In this document: piece by piece, positions 1 through 9,242 of the stretch
Layout of the letters: every line of letters starts with the position of its first letter
Position numbering within the stretch: position 1 is the first letter of the stretch
Source: Patescibacteria group bacterium
GTDB taxonomy: Bacteria > Patescibacteriota > Patescibacteriia > JACQRZ01
Direction: 5' to 3'
NCBI GenBank assembly: GCA_038065255.1
Contig: JBBTRI010000006.1
Coordinates: 9,240 to 73,239, forward strand
Length of the DNA: 64,000 nucleotides
Translations under genes and position numbers: made by a program
The notes under the pieces: model-generated
Databases searched by the model: none
What the model was told of the DNA's origin: nothing
The model's input: the letters and a program-made list of their open reading frames with translations, nothing else

Positions 1-42
1 GCAGTATGTAGTGCGCTTTTTGGCTATCTTGCTCTTGACGAC

Positions 43-459
43 ATGATGATGATCCATGAGCGTGTGGGATTTGTTCTCAATAACCTGACGCGATTGCACG
101 GAACCTATGAATCATTTAATTGGCTGTTGTATTTTTCACCATTCATTGTATTGGGAGCAATTGCATTTGTTCTTGTAGTCCGCTCCCTTTCTGGTATCAG
201 TGTTCGTGCGCACATACTCGCATGGATCGGTTTAGCTGGGTTTGTCGTGACACTTCTCACTGAAGCAGGCGGGAAAATGCTTCTTAGTGCCGGCCTTATA
301 TCTATCTACCACCAATCTATCATTTTAGAAGAAGCTTCCCTGCTATTTGGCGAAACTTTTTTTCTTATAGCGCTTGCGGTAGGAGCTTCTGAACTTTTTA
401 AGAAGGCGTTTATGTTGCGGGATAATGTAGCTTGGAATGACGCAGTATTTGATGAGTAG
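43..459 (+). CDS. Multi-pass membrane protein, hypothetical; the frame is open back to position 1, so the N-terminus may lie outside the window
   Basis: 138-aa ORF with several hydrophobic helices; no stop between nt 1 and 43 in frame. Confidence 0.45.
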   Translation: MMMIHERVGFVLNNLTRLHGTYESFNWLLYFSPFIVLGAIAFVLVVRSLSGISVRAHILAWIGLAGFVVTLLTEAGGKMLLSAGLISIYHQSIILEEASLLFGETFFLIALAVGASELFKKAFMLRDNVAWNDAVFDE

Positions 460-540
460 CAAAAAAGTAAAAGATAAGTCTTGAGCGCAACTTCACTCAT
501 GGATAAAAAATGCTATACTATCCATATATAACATTGCATC

Positions 541-1032
541 ATGCCTACTTCTGCACTCACAATACGAAATATCGTTTTTGGCGCTGAAGATAGCCTTGTT
601 TCAACACTTGGTTTTCTTGCTGGCATTTCTGTCGGTGGGTTTGAGGCACGCTTCATCCTACTTTCGGGATTGGTCTTGGTTTTTGTCGAAGCTTTTTCCA
701 TGGGTGTTGGCAGTTTTCTTTCGGAGGAATCTTCTGAAGAGTATGAACAGAAAAAGTCTGTACCGCTGGCACCATCGCTTCATGCCGGACTTACCATGTT
801 TGCCTCCTACCTCATTTCCGGTTTCATTCCGCTTGGCCCTTATTTTCTGTTTTCACCCACAACAGCACTTTGGGTGTCAATGGCTTGCTCGCTTATTGCA
901 TTATTTATCCTTGGATATTTCAGTGGGAGCGAGTCCGGAGTACATCCTTTTCGAACCGGCATTCGCATGCTTGTAATTGGCGGCGGTGCAATGATGATAG
1001 GAATAGTCATTGGTCAATTTCTTAAATTATAA
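541..1032 (+). CDS. VIT1/CCC1-family (DUF125) membrane protein, putative Fe/Mn transporter
   Basis: N-terminal GAEDSLVSTLGFLAGISVG motif typical of the VIT family, followed by C-terminal TM helices. Confidence 0.65.
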   Translation: MPTSALTIRNIVFGAEDSLVSTLGFLAGISVGGFEARFILLSGLVLVFVEAFSMGVGSFLSEESSEEYEQKKSVPLAPSLHAGLTMFASYLISGFIPLGPYFLFSPTTALWVSMACSLIALFILGYFSGSESGVHPFRTGIRMLVIGGGAMMIGIVIGQFLKL

Positions 1033-1417
1033 TAAATCCCGTCAGAGTTGAATCTGAGAGGTGTTGAGCATCTTACAAGTCGCATTGCTCGTTCAAAGCC
1101 ACTTGCAGTTATCAAAGGCAGATGATAGAGTCATGCTATGACAGGAGGAGGGAGTATTGTTCCTTTATGGATGCCATGTTTGAGTTTCATTAATACCATA
1201 AGTTTTGGGATTGGGCTTGCGCTGTATCTGGTTGGATTTTGGGGAGGAGTTGTTTCATTCTTTCTTTCGCCATCAGCATTCCCTGGATTTTGTGTATCGT
1301 TTTGCTGTGGAATTGCGTGTGGAGTTTTTACATGCTATCTCACAAACTATGAATGTTCATTCCATAGACATATCCCATCAGCCTAATATTCATTTATGCC
1401 CCTAGAGGGCTTTTTTT

Positions 1418-2038
1418 ATGAATTTACAAAATTTGTTTAAATGCGTAAAACTTACGCATGGGCTTCAGCAAGTGAAGCGCAGCATTTTTACAGCAGGAGA
1501 GGATAGGAGAGAGAATGATTCTGAACACCAATACCAGCTTGCCATGACCGCATGGTATGTGATTGTAACGGAAAATCTTCCCCTGAATGTTGATAAAGTC
1601 CTTAAATACTCTCTGGTGCATGACATGGTGGAAGTCTATGCGGGTGATGCGCATTTTTATGGCGATAGAAACGGCAAGGAAGAACGCGAGCGCGATGCGG
1701 CCAATCGCCTGCGCGCCGAATTTTCTGAAATTCCTGAATGGCACCAGCTTATTGACGATTACGAGCATAAGGTTGATAAGGAATGCCTTTTTATTTATGC
1801 TCTCGACAAGCTTTTACCGGCAATCAATATTTATTTTGATCGTGGACGTACGTGGCGTGAACAGCGCATCAGCCTTGACATGGTCGTAAATAAGAAACGC
1901 GAGAAAATCGCATGTTCCGAGGAGGTCATGGATTATTTCAATCAGCTTGTGGTACTATTGAAAGCTGAAGCACCTGATTTATTCAGCAAGACAACCGACG
2001 GTGCGCCGTGCACCAATCCTTGTTGTAGGGATAAATAA
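1418..2038 (+). CDS. HD-domain phosphohydrolase (YfbR-like 5'-deoxynucleotidase family)
   Basis: ENDSEHQYQLA ... LVHDMVEVYAGD His-Asp motifs. Confidence 0.65.
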   Translation: MNLQNLFKCVKLTHGLQQVKRSIFTAGEDRRENDSEHQYQLAMTAWYVIVTENLPLNVDKVLKYSLVHDMVEVYAGDAHFYGDRNGKEERERDAANRLRAEFSEIPEWHQLIDDYEHKVDKECLFIYALDKLLPAINIYFDRGRTWREQRISLDMVVNKKREKIACSEEVMDYFNQLVVLLKAEAPDLFSKTTDGAPCTNPCCRDK

Positions 2039-2040
2039 AT

Positions 2041-3021
2041 ATGAATAGAATAATACCCCCCGCCACGATTATTTTGGTAATGCTATTTTCAATCAACACC
2101 CTTGTCGGTATGCCTGTTTTCGCTGAAATTTGCGATCCAAATGCGCCTTCGTATTCACAGCCAGGATGTGTTGAAGGGGGACAGCAAAGCCCTTTGTATA
2201 CGCCTCCAGTGTCTACAATTCCATACACCCCTTCCACATCCACGACCCCCTATCAAGTTCCATTAAAGAGTCCATTATTTGAAAAACTCGATGGAGAAGA
2301 TGGTCGTAATGGGGATGTTACAGAAAGTGAAATTGATTCGGAAGAACTCCTCGACACTATACAAAGTACGCTTGATGATATTACGGCAATTCATACGCTT
2401 CTTGATAAACAAACACAATCGTTGATATATTTTTCCATTGATAGCAAGAAGGTAAAATCGAAACTCGCGGCAGTCCGTTCTCAGTTTAACACTATTAAGA
2501 AATCTCTTGATGATGAGGATGATGAAAAGGTTGAAAAAAGTCTTGAAGAAGTCGATATGTTCGTCAGCGCTACCTTTATCGAAGCACTCGGATCCGTTCA
2601 GCAAGCATATGACGTGGTGCGCCGATTACCAAATGCAAAGGTTCGCACTCTTCTGCGAAATGCATTCAAACCGATTGCAGCATCAATCATGCATGCTGAC
2701 TCAAGTACAGCACATGAGGCACTCTCACTCTATCTTCATGATACTAAAAAGAATAAAAAACTCTATGAAAGTAAAAAACTTTCTTCACGGAGTACAAAAA
2801 AACTTAACGAGAGTATAAAGGCATTGAATAAAAAGCTTTCGCCAGGTGAAAAAAATACTTCAGATCAAAAGACACAAGAACCAGAAGTAAAAAAATCTTC
2901 GGGCGTAGATACGAAGAGAATTAGCGACGATACAAAAAAACTCAATGATGCATTCCAGCGAAGCAACCAAAATGATGCACAAAATAGAGTTTGGAACCTC
3001 TATCAGAATATTGGCTACTAA
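2041..3021 (+). CDS. Secreted Lys/Ser/Thr-rich hypothetical protein
   Basis: N-terminal signal peptide; low-complexity K-rich C-terminus; start codon 2 nt after the previous stop. Confidence 0.5.
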   Translation: MNRIIPPATIILVMLFSINTLVGMPVFAEICDPNAPSYSQPGCVEGGQQSPLYTPPVSTIPYTPSTSTTPYQVPLKSPLFEKLDGEDGRNGDVTESEIDSEELLDTIQSTLDDITAIHTLLDKQTQSLIYFSIDSKKVKSKLAAVRSQFNTIKKSLDDEDDEKVEKSLEEVDMFVSATFIEALGSVQQAYDVVRRLPNAKVRTLLRNAFKPIAASIMHADSSTAHEALSLYLHDTKKNKKLYESKKLSSRSTKKLNESIKALNKKLSPGEKNTSDQKTQEPEVKKSSGVDTKRISDDTKKLNDAFQRSNQNDAQNRVWNLYQNIGY

Positions 3022-3089
3022 GCATATGTGTGTAGTGTCAGCGCTCGCTCAGTTTTAAGCGAATTTTTTAATATAATGTAAAAAAGAAT

Positions 3090-3674
3090 ATGGAAAAAAA
3101 TCATACTGTACTCCTCATAAGTGGAAGCATAAGAAAAGAATCGTATACGAGAAGCTTGACTGAATACATTGCAAGAACGTTTGAAAATAAGGGCATTTCT
3201 GCATATCACTGGAATTTACTGGAAAAACCACTGCCGATCATGATTCCGGAATTGCGGGACGATAGCGCCAACCATCCTGATGAGAATGTGCGGACATTCG
3301 CAGATCTTGCTTTAAGCTGTGATGCGACAGTACTCTCAAGTCCTATTTACCACAATTCATTTTCAGGTGTTTTGAAAAATGCGCTCGATCATTTAAGAAA
3401 CCCGCATTTTGCCTATAAACCAATGGGTCTCGTCAGCCATGGCGGCGATGGAAGTAAACAGGCTGTTGACCAGTTGAGAATTGTGGGGAGGGGAGTCAAT
3501 GCCATTGTGACGCCGACTATTATTTGTACAAGCGAAGATGATTTTGAAGGATTTGAACTTACATCAGATAGCATCAAAAAGCGAGTTGACCGTTTTTGTG
3601 ATGAACTCATGTTGTTTACTGAAACATTCAGATCAATACGCGCTGAACAACAAAAGATGATAAAAGATAAATAG
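3090..3674 (+). CDS. NADPH-dependent FMN reductase family protein
   Basis: LLISGSIRKESYTRSL N-terminus and flavodoxin-like fold pattern (SsuE/ArsH-like). Confidence 0.65.
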   Translation: MEKNHTVLLISGSIRKESYTRSLTEYIARTFENKGISAYHWNLLEKPLPIMIPELRDDSANHPDENVRTFADLALSCDATVLSSPIYHNSFSGVLKNALDHLRNPHFAYKPMGLVSHGGDGSKQAVDQLRIVGRGVNAIVTPTIICTSEDDFEGFELTSDSIKKRVDRFCDELMLFTETFRSIRAEQQKMIKDK

Positions 3675-3702
3675 TAAAATAATAGCTGGTCAATAAAGCA
3701 CT

Positions 3703-4350
3703 ATGAATTCTGAAGTAGATGTGTTTGCAAAAATCATCTGGGACTATATGCTCATGCACCATACATTGAAGCCCATGGATGCGCTATTTGTTTTAGGTTC
3801 AAATGATCTGCGAGTTGCCGAGCGAGCAGGGGACTTGTATGGGGAAGGACTTAGCAACTATGTTCTTTGTGCCGGGGGGAATGGCAAGGATTCATGGTTT
3901 GCAAAACCTGAAGCAGAAGTATTTGCAGAAGCCCTTCTCAAAAGAGGTGTTCCAAGAGAAGCTCTCATTCTTGAATGTGCCTCAACGAATACCGGAGAAA
4001 ATATATTGTTTATGAAAAAGGTATTGCATGATCTCAAGTTGCATTTCACTTCTTTCATTCTCGTTCAAAAGCCCTACATGGAGCGAAGGACATTTGCTAC
4101 ATTCAGAAAACAGTGGCCTGAAGCAGAATGTCTTGTAACATCCCCACAAATTTCTTTTGAAGAATATGGCAGGGACGAGGACTTCAAGAAACGGTATATC
4201 AATGTGATGGTGGGCGACCTCCTCCGGATTCAGGAGTACCCTGCATTGGGGTATCAGATTGAACAAGAAATTCCAAGCGAAGTATGGAACGCAGGGCAGA
4301 GATTGCTTATGCTTGGATTTGATAAGTATGCCTTGGCTGTACAAGAATGA
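3703..4350 (+). CDS. DUF218 / YdcF (ElyC/SanA-like) family protein
   Basis: ILECASTNTGENILF motif characteristic of DUF218. Confidence 0.6.
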   Translation: MNSEVDVFAKIIWDYMLMHHTLKPMDALFVLGSNDLRVAERAGDLYGEGLSNYVLCAGGNGKDSWFAKPEAEVFAEALLKRGVPREALILECASTNTGENILFMKKVLHDLKLHFTSFILVQKPYMERRTFATFRKQWPEAECLVTSPQISFEEYGRDEDFKKRYINVMVGDLLRIQEYPALGYQIEQEIPSEVWNAGQRLLMLGFDKYALAVQE

Positions 4351-4396
4351 CGTTTTGTGGTAGCATTGGTTTACTAACTCATAAGCGGCTAATGAT

Positions 4397-4546
4397 ATGA
4401 CAGACGAACAGAATGCAGAGGTTTCGGCACCGCAAGCTAACGAACCGAAAAGCGACGATCAGCAAGGCGCACCGGCAGCTTCGGGAACTTCAGAACAAGC
4501 AGAGAGTGGAGAAGGACAGTCAGATGCACCTGAAAAGACAGTTTAA
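4397..4546 (+). CDS. Small acidic hypothetical protein (49 aa)
   Basis: ATG ORF MTDEQNAEVSAPQ..., not in the ORF track because it is under 60 aa; immediately followed by a strong intrinsic terminator. Confidence 0.3.
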   Translation: MTDEQNAEVSAPQANEPKSDDQQGAPAASGTSEQAESGEGQSDAPEKTV

Positions 4547-4563
4547 GCGCACTGCTTAAAAAA

Positions 4564-4596
4564 AGCTCCTCCGTACCCGGGGGAGCTTTCTTTGTT
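4564..4596 (+). terminator. Rho-independent terminator
   Basis: agctcctccg-tacc-cgggggagct stem followed by ttctttgttg. Confidence 0.55.
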
Positions 4597-4624
4597 GTCA
4601 TGGGTTATTGTAGTATCACATATT

Positions 4625-5158
4625 ATGATGAAGCATACTATTCTTTCGAAAGCATTTTTCAGTCGGCCAGTGCTTCAAGTAGCCCCCGAATTACTTGGAA
4701 AGCATCTGGTGCGATTAAACTCTGATGGAAGTAGAGCAGAACATAGTATTATCGAAGTAGAAGCGTATGATGGTGAAAAAGATTTGGCGTGCCATGCATC
4801 AAAGGGTAAAACAAAGCGGACAGAAGTGATGTATGGGCCTGCCGGATATTGGTATGTCTATCTTTGTTACGGAATGTATTATATGCTGAATGTTGTGACT
4901 GGGGCGGTAGGATATCCCGCAGCAGTTCTTATTCGGGGATTGTCTGATGCTAGGGGACCGGGGATACTAACAAAGAAGCTGGAAATTTCCAAAGAGCAGA
5001 ATGAAAAGAAACTATCAAAAGCATCAGGTCTTTGGATTGAAGATCGCGGAATGAGTATTCCGAAAAAAAATATCATACGGACTCCCAGGATAGGTGTTTC
5101 ATACGCGAAGGAGTGGGCAGAAAAACCCTATCGATTTCTAGTGGAGGGGTATTGTTGA
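4625..5158 (+). CDS. DNA-3-methyladenine glycosylase (MPG/AAG family)
   Basis: VAPELLGKHLVR, EVEAYDGEKDLACHASKGKT, GYWYVYLCYGMYYMLNVV motifs. The track start at 4592 is a TTG inside the terminator T-tract, so the ATG at 4625 was chosen. Confidence 0.75.
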   Translation: MMKHTILSKAFFSRPVLQVAPELLGKHLVRLNSDGSRAEHSIIEVEAYDGEKDLACHASKGKTKRTEVMYGPAGYWYVYLCYGMYYMLNVVTGAVGYPAAVLIRGLSDARGPGILTKKLEISKEQNEKKLSKASGLWIEDRGMSIPKKNIIRTPRIGVSYAKEWAEKPYRFLVEGYC

Positions 5159-5188
5159 TAGTGAAAGTAAAAATTATAACAAAAAAGT

Positions 5189-5623
5189 ATGAGTGAAAAC
5201 AAATTTCCTCGAGGAATAGAGTTGGTTGTTGGAACGCTCATTGAGCGAGATGACGGTAGGATCCTTATCACTAAGTCGCCGAAATGGTCGGGAAAGTGGA
5301 CGGTACCAGGAGGACACATTGATCCAGGTGAGTCAATTCTTAATGCAGCCAAGAGGGAAGGCGAAGAAGAGACGGGGCTGTCTCTTGAGTCGGTATCAAT
5401 TGTGTGTCATGGAGAGAATATCGACTCCCTTGAGTTTCACCGTTCAGCTCATTTTATTTTCTTCATCTGTCACTTGAGAGTTATTGGCGGTGAGATATGC
5501 CTTCAGGAGAGCGAGCTCACAGAAAGTGCATGGGTACTGCCGGAAGAAGCTCTTCACTATGATTTGACAGAGATCCACCCAAGACTCTTACAAGCATTTA
5601 TAGATATTCAATCCATAAAATAG
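5189..5623 (+). CDS. Nudix hydrolase
   Basis: Nudix box GGHIDPGESILNAAKREGEEETGL. Confidence 0.75.
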   Translation: MSENKFPRGIELVVGTLIERDDGRILITKSPKWSGKWTVPGGHIDPGESILNAAKREGEEETGLSLESVSIVCHGENIDSLEFHRSAHFIFFICHLRVIGGEICLQESELTESAWVLPEEALHYDLTEIHPRLLQAFIDIQSIK

Positions 5624-5639
5624 CTGCTAGTATCATGGT

Positions 5640-6473
5640 ATGACTGGAATTTTTCTTATTGTTCTCGCAACATTGTTTGAAGAAGTTTCAACTTCAAGTG
5701 CAAAGGAGTCAATGTCACGACATATGGAAAGCATTGCATCGCGTGCTTTCCTGGTTGGAATGTGGGGGTTTCTTTTTTTGGGCCTCAGTTTGCTTGGCGG
5801 CGTTGAGTGGAAATTTAATACAGCCTCACTTCCTTTTTTCTTCTCGCGCGTAGCTATCGAAATCATCCTTACAAACATTACATTGAAAGCCATTACTACT
5901 GCCGATCGAAGTACATTTGGATTTTTCCGCACACTGACGATCCCAATTGTTCTTGGTATTGATGTGATGCTCGGCACTGTGCTATCGTTTTCACAAATCT
6001 GGGGCATTCTGGCTATTGTTGCATCGTTGTTTATTTTGTCATATCGGCATGCACTCTCAAGTAAAGGTATGGGAATTGCTCTGCTTTCTGCCATTGGTTC
6101 TTCACTTACCCTATCCCTCTATAAATTTGATATTACTCACTTTAATTCCGTTCCTGCCGAACAGATGTTATCCGGATTGATTATCTTGCCCTACTTTCTT
6201 TGGCATGCATTTGCGCGAGATAAAGAAAACCCTTTTGTATTATTACGTTCTAAGAAAATATTCAGCGAGTCGGCAGCAAGCGGTGTTGGAGGCATTTTAG
6301 CAAGCTTTGCTTATCTTTTTGCGCCTGCATCAGTGATAGTAGCAGTTCAACGGTCATCAGCAGTATGTTGGAGTATTGTCGCTGGCGCACTACATTTTCA
6401 TGAGCAGCATATTGTCGAGAAAGTGTCTGTTGTCGGATTAACCGTTATAGGCATCATATTGCTTGTCCGGTAA
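5640..6473 (+). CDS. Polytopic membrane protein (possibly DMT/EamA-like), hypothetical
   Basis: 277 aa with about 9-10 hydrophobic segments. Confidence 0.4.
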   Translation: MTGIFLIVLATLFEEVSTSSAKESMSRHMESIASRAFLVGMWGFLFLGLSLLGGVEWKFNTASLPFFFSRVAIEIILTNITLKAITTADRSTFGFFRTLTIPIVLGIDVMLGTVLSFSQIWGILAIVASLFILSYRHALSSKGMGIALLSAIGSSLTLSLYKFDITHFNSVPAEQMLSGLIILPYFLWHAFARDKENPFVLLRSKKIFSESAASGVGGILASFAYLFAPASVIVAVQRSSAVCWSIVAGALHFHEQHIVEKVSVVGLTVIGIILLVR

Positions 6474-6557
6474 GCACTGCTTATAAGAGCGTAAATGGTG
6501 TATGCTATATAGAGTAAGACTCAATAGTGTGATCGATGAGCCCTCTCTGCTTGAGGG

Positions 6558-7280
6558 ATGATGCTCACGTATGAAGCACCTCAAAAGGTTGATCGATACA
6601 TAGAATATGAACAGAGAGTGAAAAATAATTCTATTCATAAACCAGCTACTACTATGCATAAACATGCTCTAAAAATAGGAGTGTTTGCTGTTGCCTTGTA
6701 TCTTTTGTGTCTTTTGTGGAAGTTTACCATGACAGATCCTGCAGTCATGAATCTCCATCTTCTTTCTCTCAAATCGCTTTTTCCTGGTTTTTCCGGTTAT
6801 GATGCATTTAGTTTGTTGTGGGGAGCGATACTCGCATTTGTCTATGCATATCTTGCGTCGACAGCATTTCATGCCTTGCATAGCGACTGCTGTATTCAAA
6901 GAAATAATCAAAAGGATGAAAAGAATAAATGCCTCTGGGACGATAAACACATTATTCTCGTTGTTGCGATGCTTGCGATAGGGGTGCTTATCGGATTCAT
7001 TCTTTCACAATCAGAGACCCCCTATATGAAGCGGTCATTCAGAGATTCAACCTTTATGATGAGGGATGGAGGATCGTCAATGATGCAGATGGGAAGAATG
7101 ATGATGGGGCAGGGAAGAATGATGAATGAACGGGGTGAAAAATACAGCGATCAGGAAATGATGCAAAAAGGAAAAGAAATGATGGATAGCGGACAGATAT
7201 TCGAGCGTCAGGGATCATCTATGATGGAGCGCGGCGATGCTGCAAAAGGAATGATGGGAGGAGGCAGCGAGAAAGAATAA
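6558..7280 (+). CDS. Membrane protein with Met-rich repetitive C-terminal tail
   Basis: 3-4 TM helices followed by MMQMGRMMMGQGRMMNERGEK...MMQKGKEMMDSG...SSMMERG...GMMGGG; the start may instead be M33 (nt 6654). Confidence 0.45.
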   Translation: MMLTYEAPQKVDRYIEYEQRVKNNSIHKPATTMHKHALKIGVFAVALYLLCLLWKFTMTDPAVMNLHLLSLKSLFPGFSGYDAFSLLWGAILAFVYAYLASTAFHALHSDCCIQRNNQKDEKNKCLWDDKHIILVVAMLAIGVLIGFILSQSETPYMKRSFRDSTFMMRDGGSSMMQMGRMMMGQGRMMNERGEKYSDQEMMQKGKEMMDSGQIFERQGSSMMERGDAAKGMMGGGSEKE

Positions 7281-7295
7281 AGATACTCAACAAAA

Positions 7296-7327
7296 AGACT
7301 TCTCATAGGGAGAGGTCTTTTTGTTTT
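7296..7327 (+). terminator. Rho-independent terminator
   Basis: agacttctc-atagg-gagaggtct hairpin followed by tttttgtttt. Confidence 0.5.
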
Positions 7328-7408
7328 AGTGCAAGTATGTTTTAATGGCAAGATTAATATGATCAAATCACTGATTTGGTGTGATGATATTTTTGAGAAT
7401 ACAGCATT

Positions 7409-7993
7409 ATGGACACTAAATTAGTATTCGCGCTTGCTGCTACAGCCATTAATACCATTACGTTTCTGCCCTATATACGGGACATGGTATATGGCACTAC
7501 TCGCCCCCATACCTATACCTTTCTCATATGGATGATTACTCAGGGAACTGCGGTCGTAGGGTTGTGGTATGGTGGCGGTGGACTTGGGGCACTTAATCTT
7601 ACCGTTGGACTTTTGTTTATTTTTGGAGTGTTTCTTTTCTCGTTGTTTCATGGAACCAAGAATATCACGCGAAGTGATACTATAGTTCTCGTTGGAGCTT
7701 TAGCGGCAATTGGCGTGTGGTGGCAACTGCATAATCCAGTCCTCTCTGTTATTATGGTTACGGTTATTGATGTTTTGGGATATATCCCAACATACCGAAA
7801 AACGTTTGAAAGTCCCCGGAGTGAAACTGCCATATCGTGGGCAGGCGCTGCAATAGGTAATGTTCTGGCGCTTGGCGCCCTGAGCAGCTATAATTTTATG
7901 ACGATGAGCTATCTCATTGTACTTTCTTTGGCAAATATTATTGTAGCCCTCATCTGTATTATAAGACGCCCATTGTATAGTAAGCCGCAGTAA
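7409..7993 (+). CDS. Polytopic membrane protein; paralogue of the protein at 56886..57539
   Basis: Shared FLPY/FIPY...T.P motif and similar hydropathy profile. Confidence 0.45.
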   Translation: MDTKLVFALAATAINTITFLPYIRDMVYGTTRPHTYTFLIWMITQGTAVVGLWYGGGGLGALNLTVGLLFIFGVFLFSLFHGTKNITRSDTIVLVGALAAIGVWWQLHNPVLSVIMVTVIDVLGYIPTYRKTFESPRSETAISWAGAAIGNVLALGALSSYNFMTMSYLIVLSLANIIVALICIIRRPLYSKPQ

Positions 7994-8053
7994 ATACTAC
8001 TGTTGCAATAATTCAACAGATGATTATACTCACTACCAGATTGAAATAAGACT

Positions 8054-8497
8054 ATGATGCTTGGAAAAGAGGCACTTATACAGCATATCAAAAAGGGGTC
8101 GATTCGCATTGAACCGTTTTTAGAAAGCAGTCTTCGACCAGCGAGTATTGTTTTTACTCTTTCTCCAAAACTTCTTTTTCTTCAATCAGATGGTTCTTTT
8201 CGAGAAGAGAATATTGGCGAGCAAGGGAGAATAGTACATCCTGGAGAATTTGTGCTTGGATATACAGTAGAACACCTTATTTTAGGCATGAATGTCTGTG
8301 CAATATTTAACACACGTAGGGAATATGCTCGCCTGGGACTTGATGCGCTGCAGACAGATACTTTTGCCGAACCAGGTACTGACAATGTAATTGAGCTGCC
8401 AATCAGAAATGGTGGTCCAAATCCTATCAATCTCTTTATCGGCATGCCAATAGTTAAAGCCATGTTCCAAATCGTTCAGAATGCAGTAGAATTATAA
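8054..8497 (+). CDS. dCTP deaminase / dUTPase-fold protein (short, Dcd-like)
   Basis: IVHPGEFVLGYTVEHLIL ... ARLGLDALQTDTFAEPGTDNVIELPIRN aligns to the Dcd core (YLHPGELAL ... ARLGL ... HRIDPGWSG ... LEF). Confidence 0.6.
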   Translation: MMLGKEALIQHIKKGSIRIEPFLESSLRPASIVFTLSPKLLFLQSDGSFREENIGEQGRIVHPGEFVLGYTVEHLILGMNVCAIFNTRREYARLGLDALQTDTFAEPGTDNVIELPIRNGGPNPINLFIGMPIVKAMFQIVQNAVEL

Positions 8498-8502
8498 TTA
8501 TT

Positions 8503-8530
8503 GAGAGCGCGAAAAAAGCTCTCTTTTTTC
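8503..8530 (+). terminator. Weak intrinsic terminator
   Basis: gagagc...gctctc short stem followed by ttttttc. Confidence 0.3.
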
Positions 8531-8556
8531 TTTGCAGCCATGGTATACTACAAACT

Positions 8557-9030
8557 ATGAACGAAAAACAGGCTACAAATCAAATTGTGATCTATGAGCG
8601 TAAGGACGGCGCTCATTTTGAGGTGCGCTTAGTTGGAGAAACCGCATGGATGAATCAGGTACAGATTGGTAATCTCTTTGTAGTGAAAAAAGCCGCCATT
8701 TCTAAGCATATTAAAAATATTTATCAAGAAGGTGAGCTTGAGAGAAAACCAACTGTTTCCAAAATGGAAACAGTTCAGCGAGAGGGTGGGCGTATTGTTA
8801 AGAGAGATGTCGAATACTACAATCTAGATATGATTATTGCAATCGGGTATCGAGTAAATTCCCGCCATGCGACGAGATTTAGGATTTGGGCAACAAAAGT
8901 ATTAAAGGATTATATTGTTAAGGGATATTCGATCAACGAACGCCGCCTCAAAGAGGAGTACCAGCTAAAAATCAAAGATCTTGAGCGAACTATCGCAACA
9001 CTTCAGGCCGTACGCGATTCTCATAAATAA
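8557..9030 (+). CDS. RhuM-family (virulence protein RhuM-like) N-terminal domain protein
   Basis: IVIYE..DG...V.V..ETAWMNQVQIGNLF...ISKHIKNIYQEGEL...YNLDMIIAIGYRVNSRHATRFRIWATKVL; paralogue at 35175. Confidence 0.6.
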   Translation: MNEKQATNQIVIYERKDGAHFEVRLVGETAWMNQVQIGNLFVVKKAAISKHIKNIYQEGELERKPTVSKMETVQREGGRIVKRDVEYYNLDMIIAIGYRVNSRHATRFRIWATKVLKDYIVKGYSINERRLKEEYQLKIKDLERTIATLQAVRDSHK

Positions 9031-9053
9031 TAATTATTTATTAAAAATATTCT

Positions 9054-9239
9054 ATGGACCAAGTTCAGCAACCTGCCAAACAGCAAAACTATGGAATGAT
9101 TGGCCTTGTTATAGGTATCGTTCTTGCCATTGCATTTATTGTTATCGGATCGGTATTTTTTGGGCTCAAGCCGGGACCCTCGACTCCGACTAATTCATCG
9201 GATACGATTGATCCTTCCCTGTACGCCCCAACCCAATAG
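9054..9239 (+). CDS. Small single-TM protein, hypothetical
   Basis: 61 aa with one strong hydrophobic helix; tight spacing between flanking genes. Confidence 0.3.
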   Translation: MDQVQQPAKQQNYGMIGLVIGIVLAIAFIVIGSVFFGLKPGPSTPTNSSDTIDPSLYAPTQ

Positions 9240-9242
9240 AAC

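Noticed and set aside
1138-1405. Small Cys-rich ORFs (82 and 66 aa) in the 385-bp gap between the VIT and HD genes
   Set aside because: They have no RBS and overlap each other in different frames. A small membrane protein is possible but unsupported, so it was left unannotated.
4592-4624. Track start (TTG) of the glycosylase ORF
   Set aside because: The TTG lies within the T-tract of the upstream terminator. The ATG at 4625 gives the conserved MPG N-terminus.
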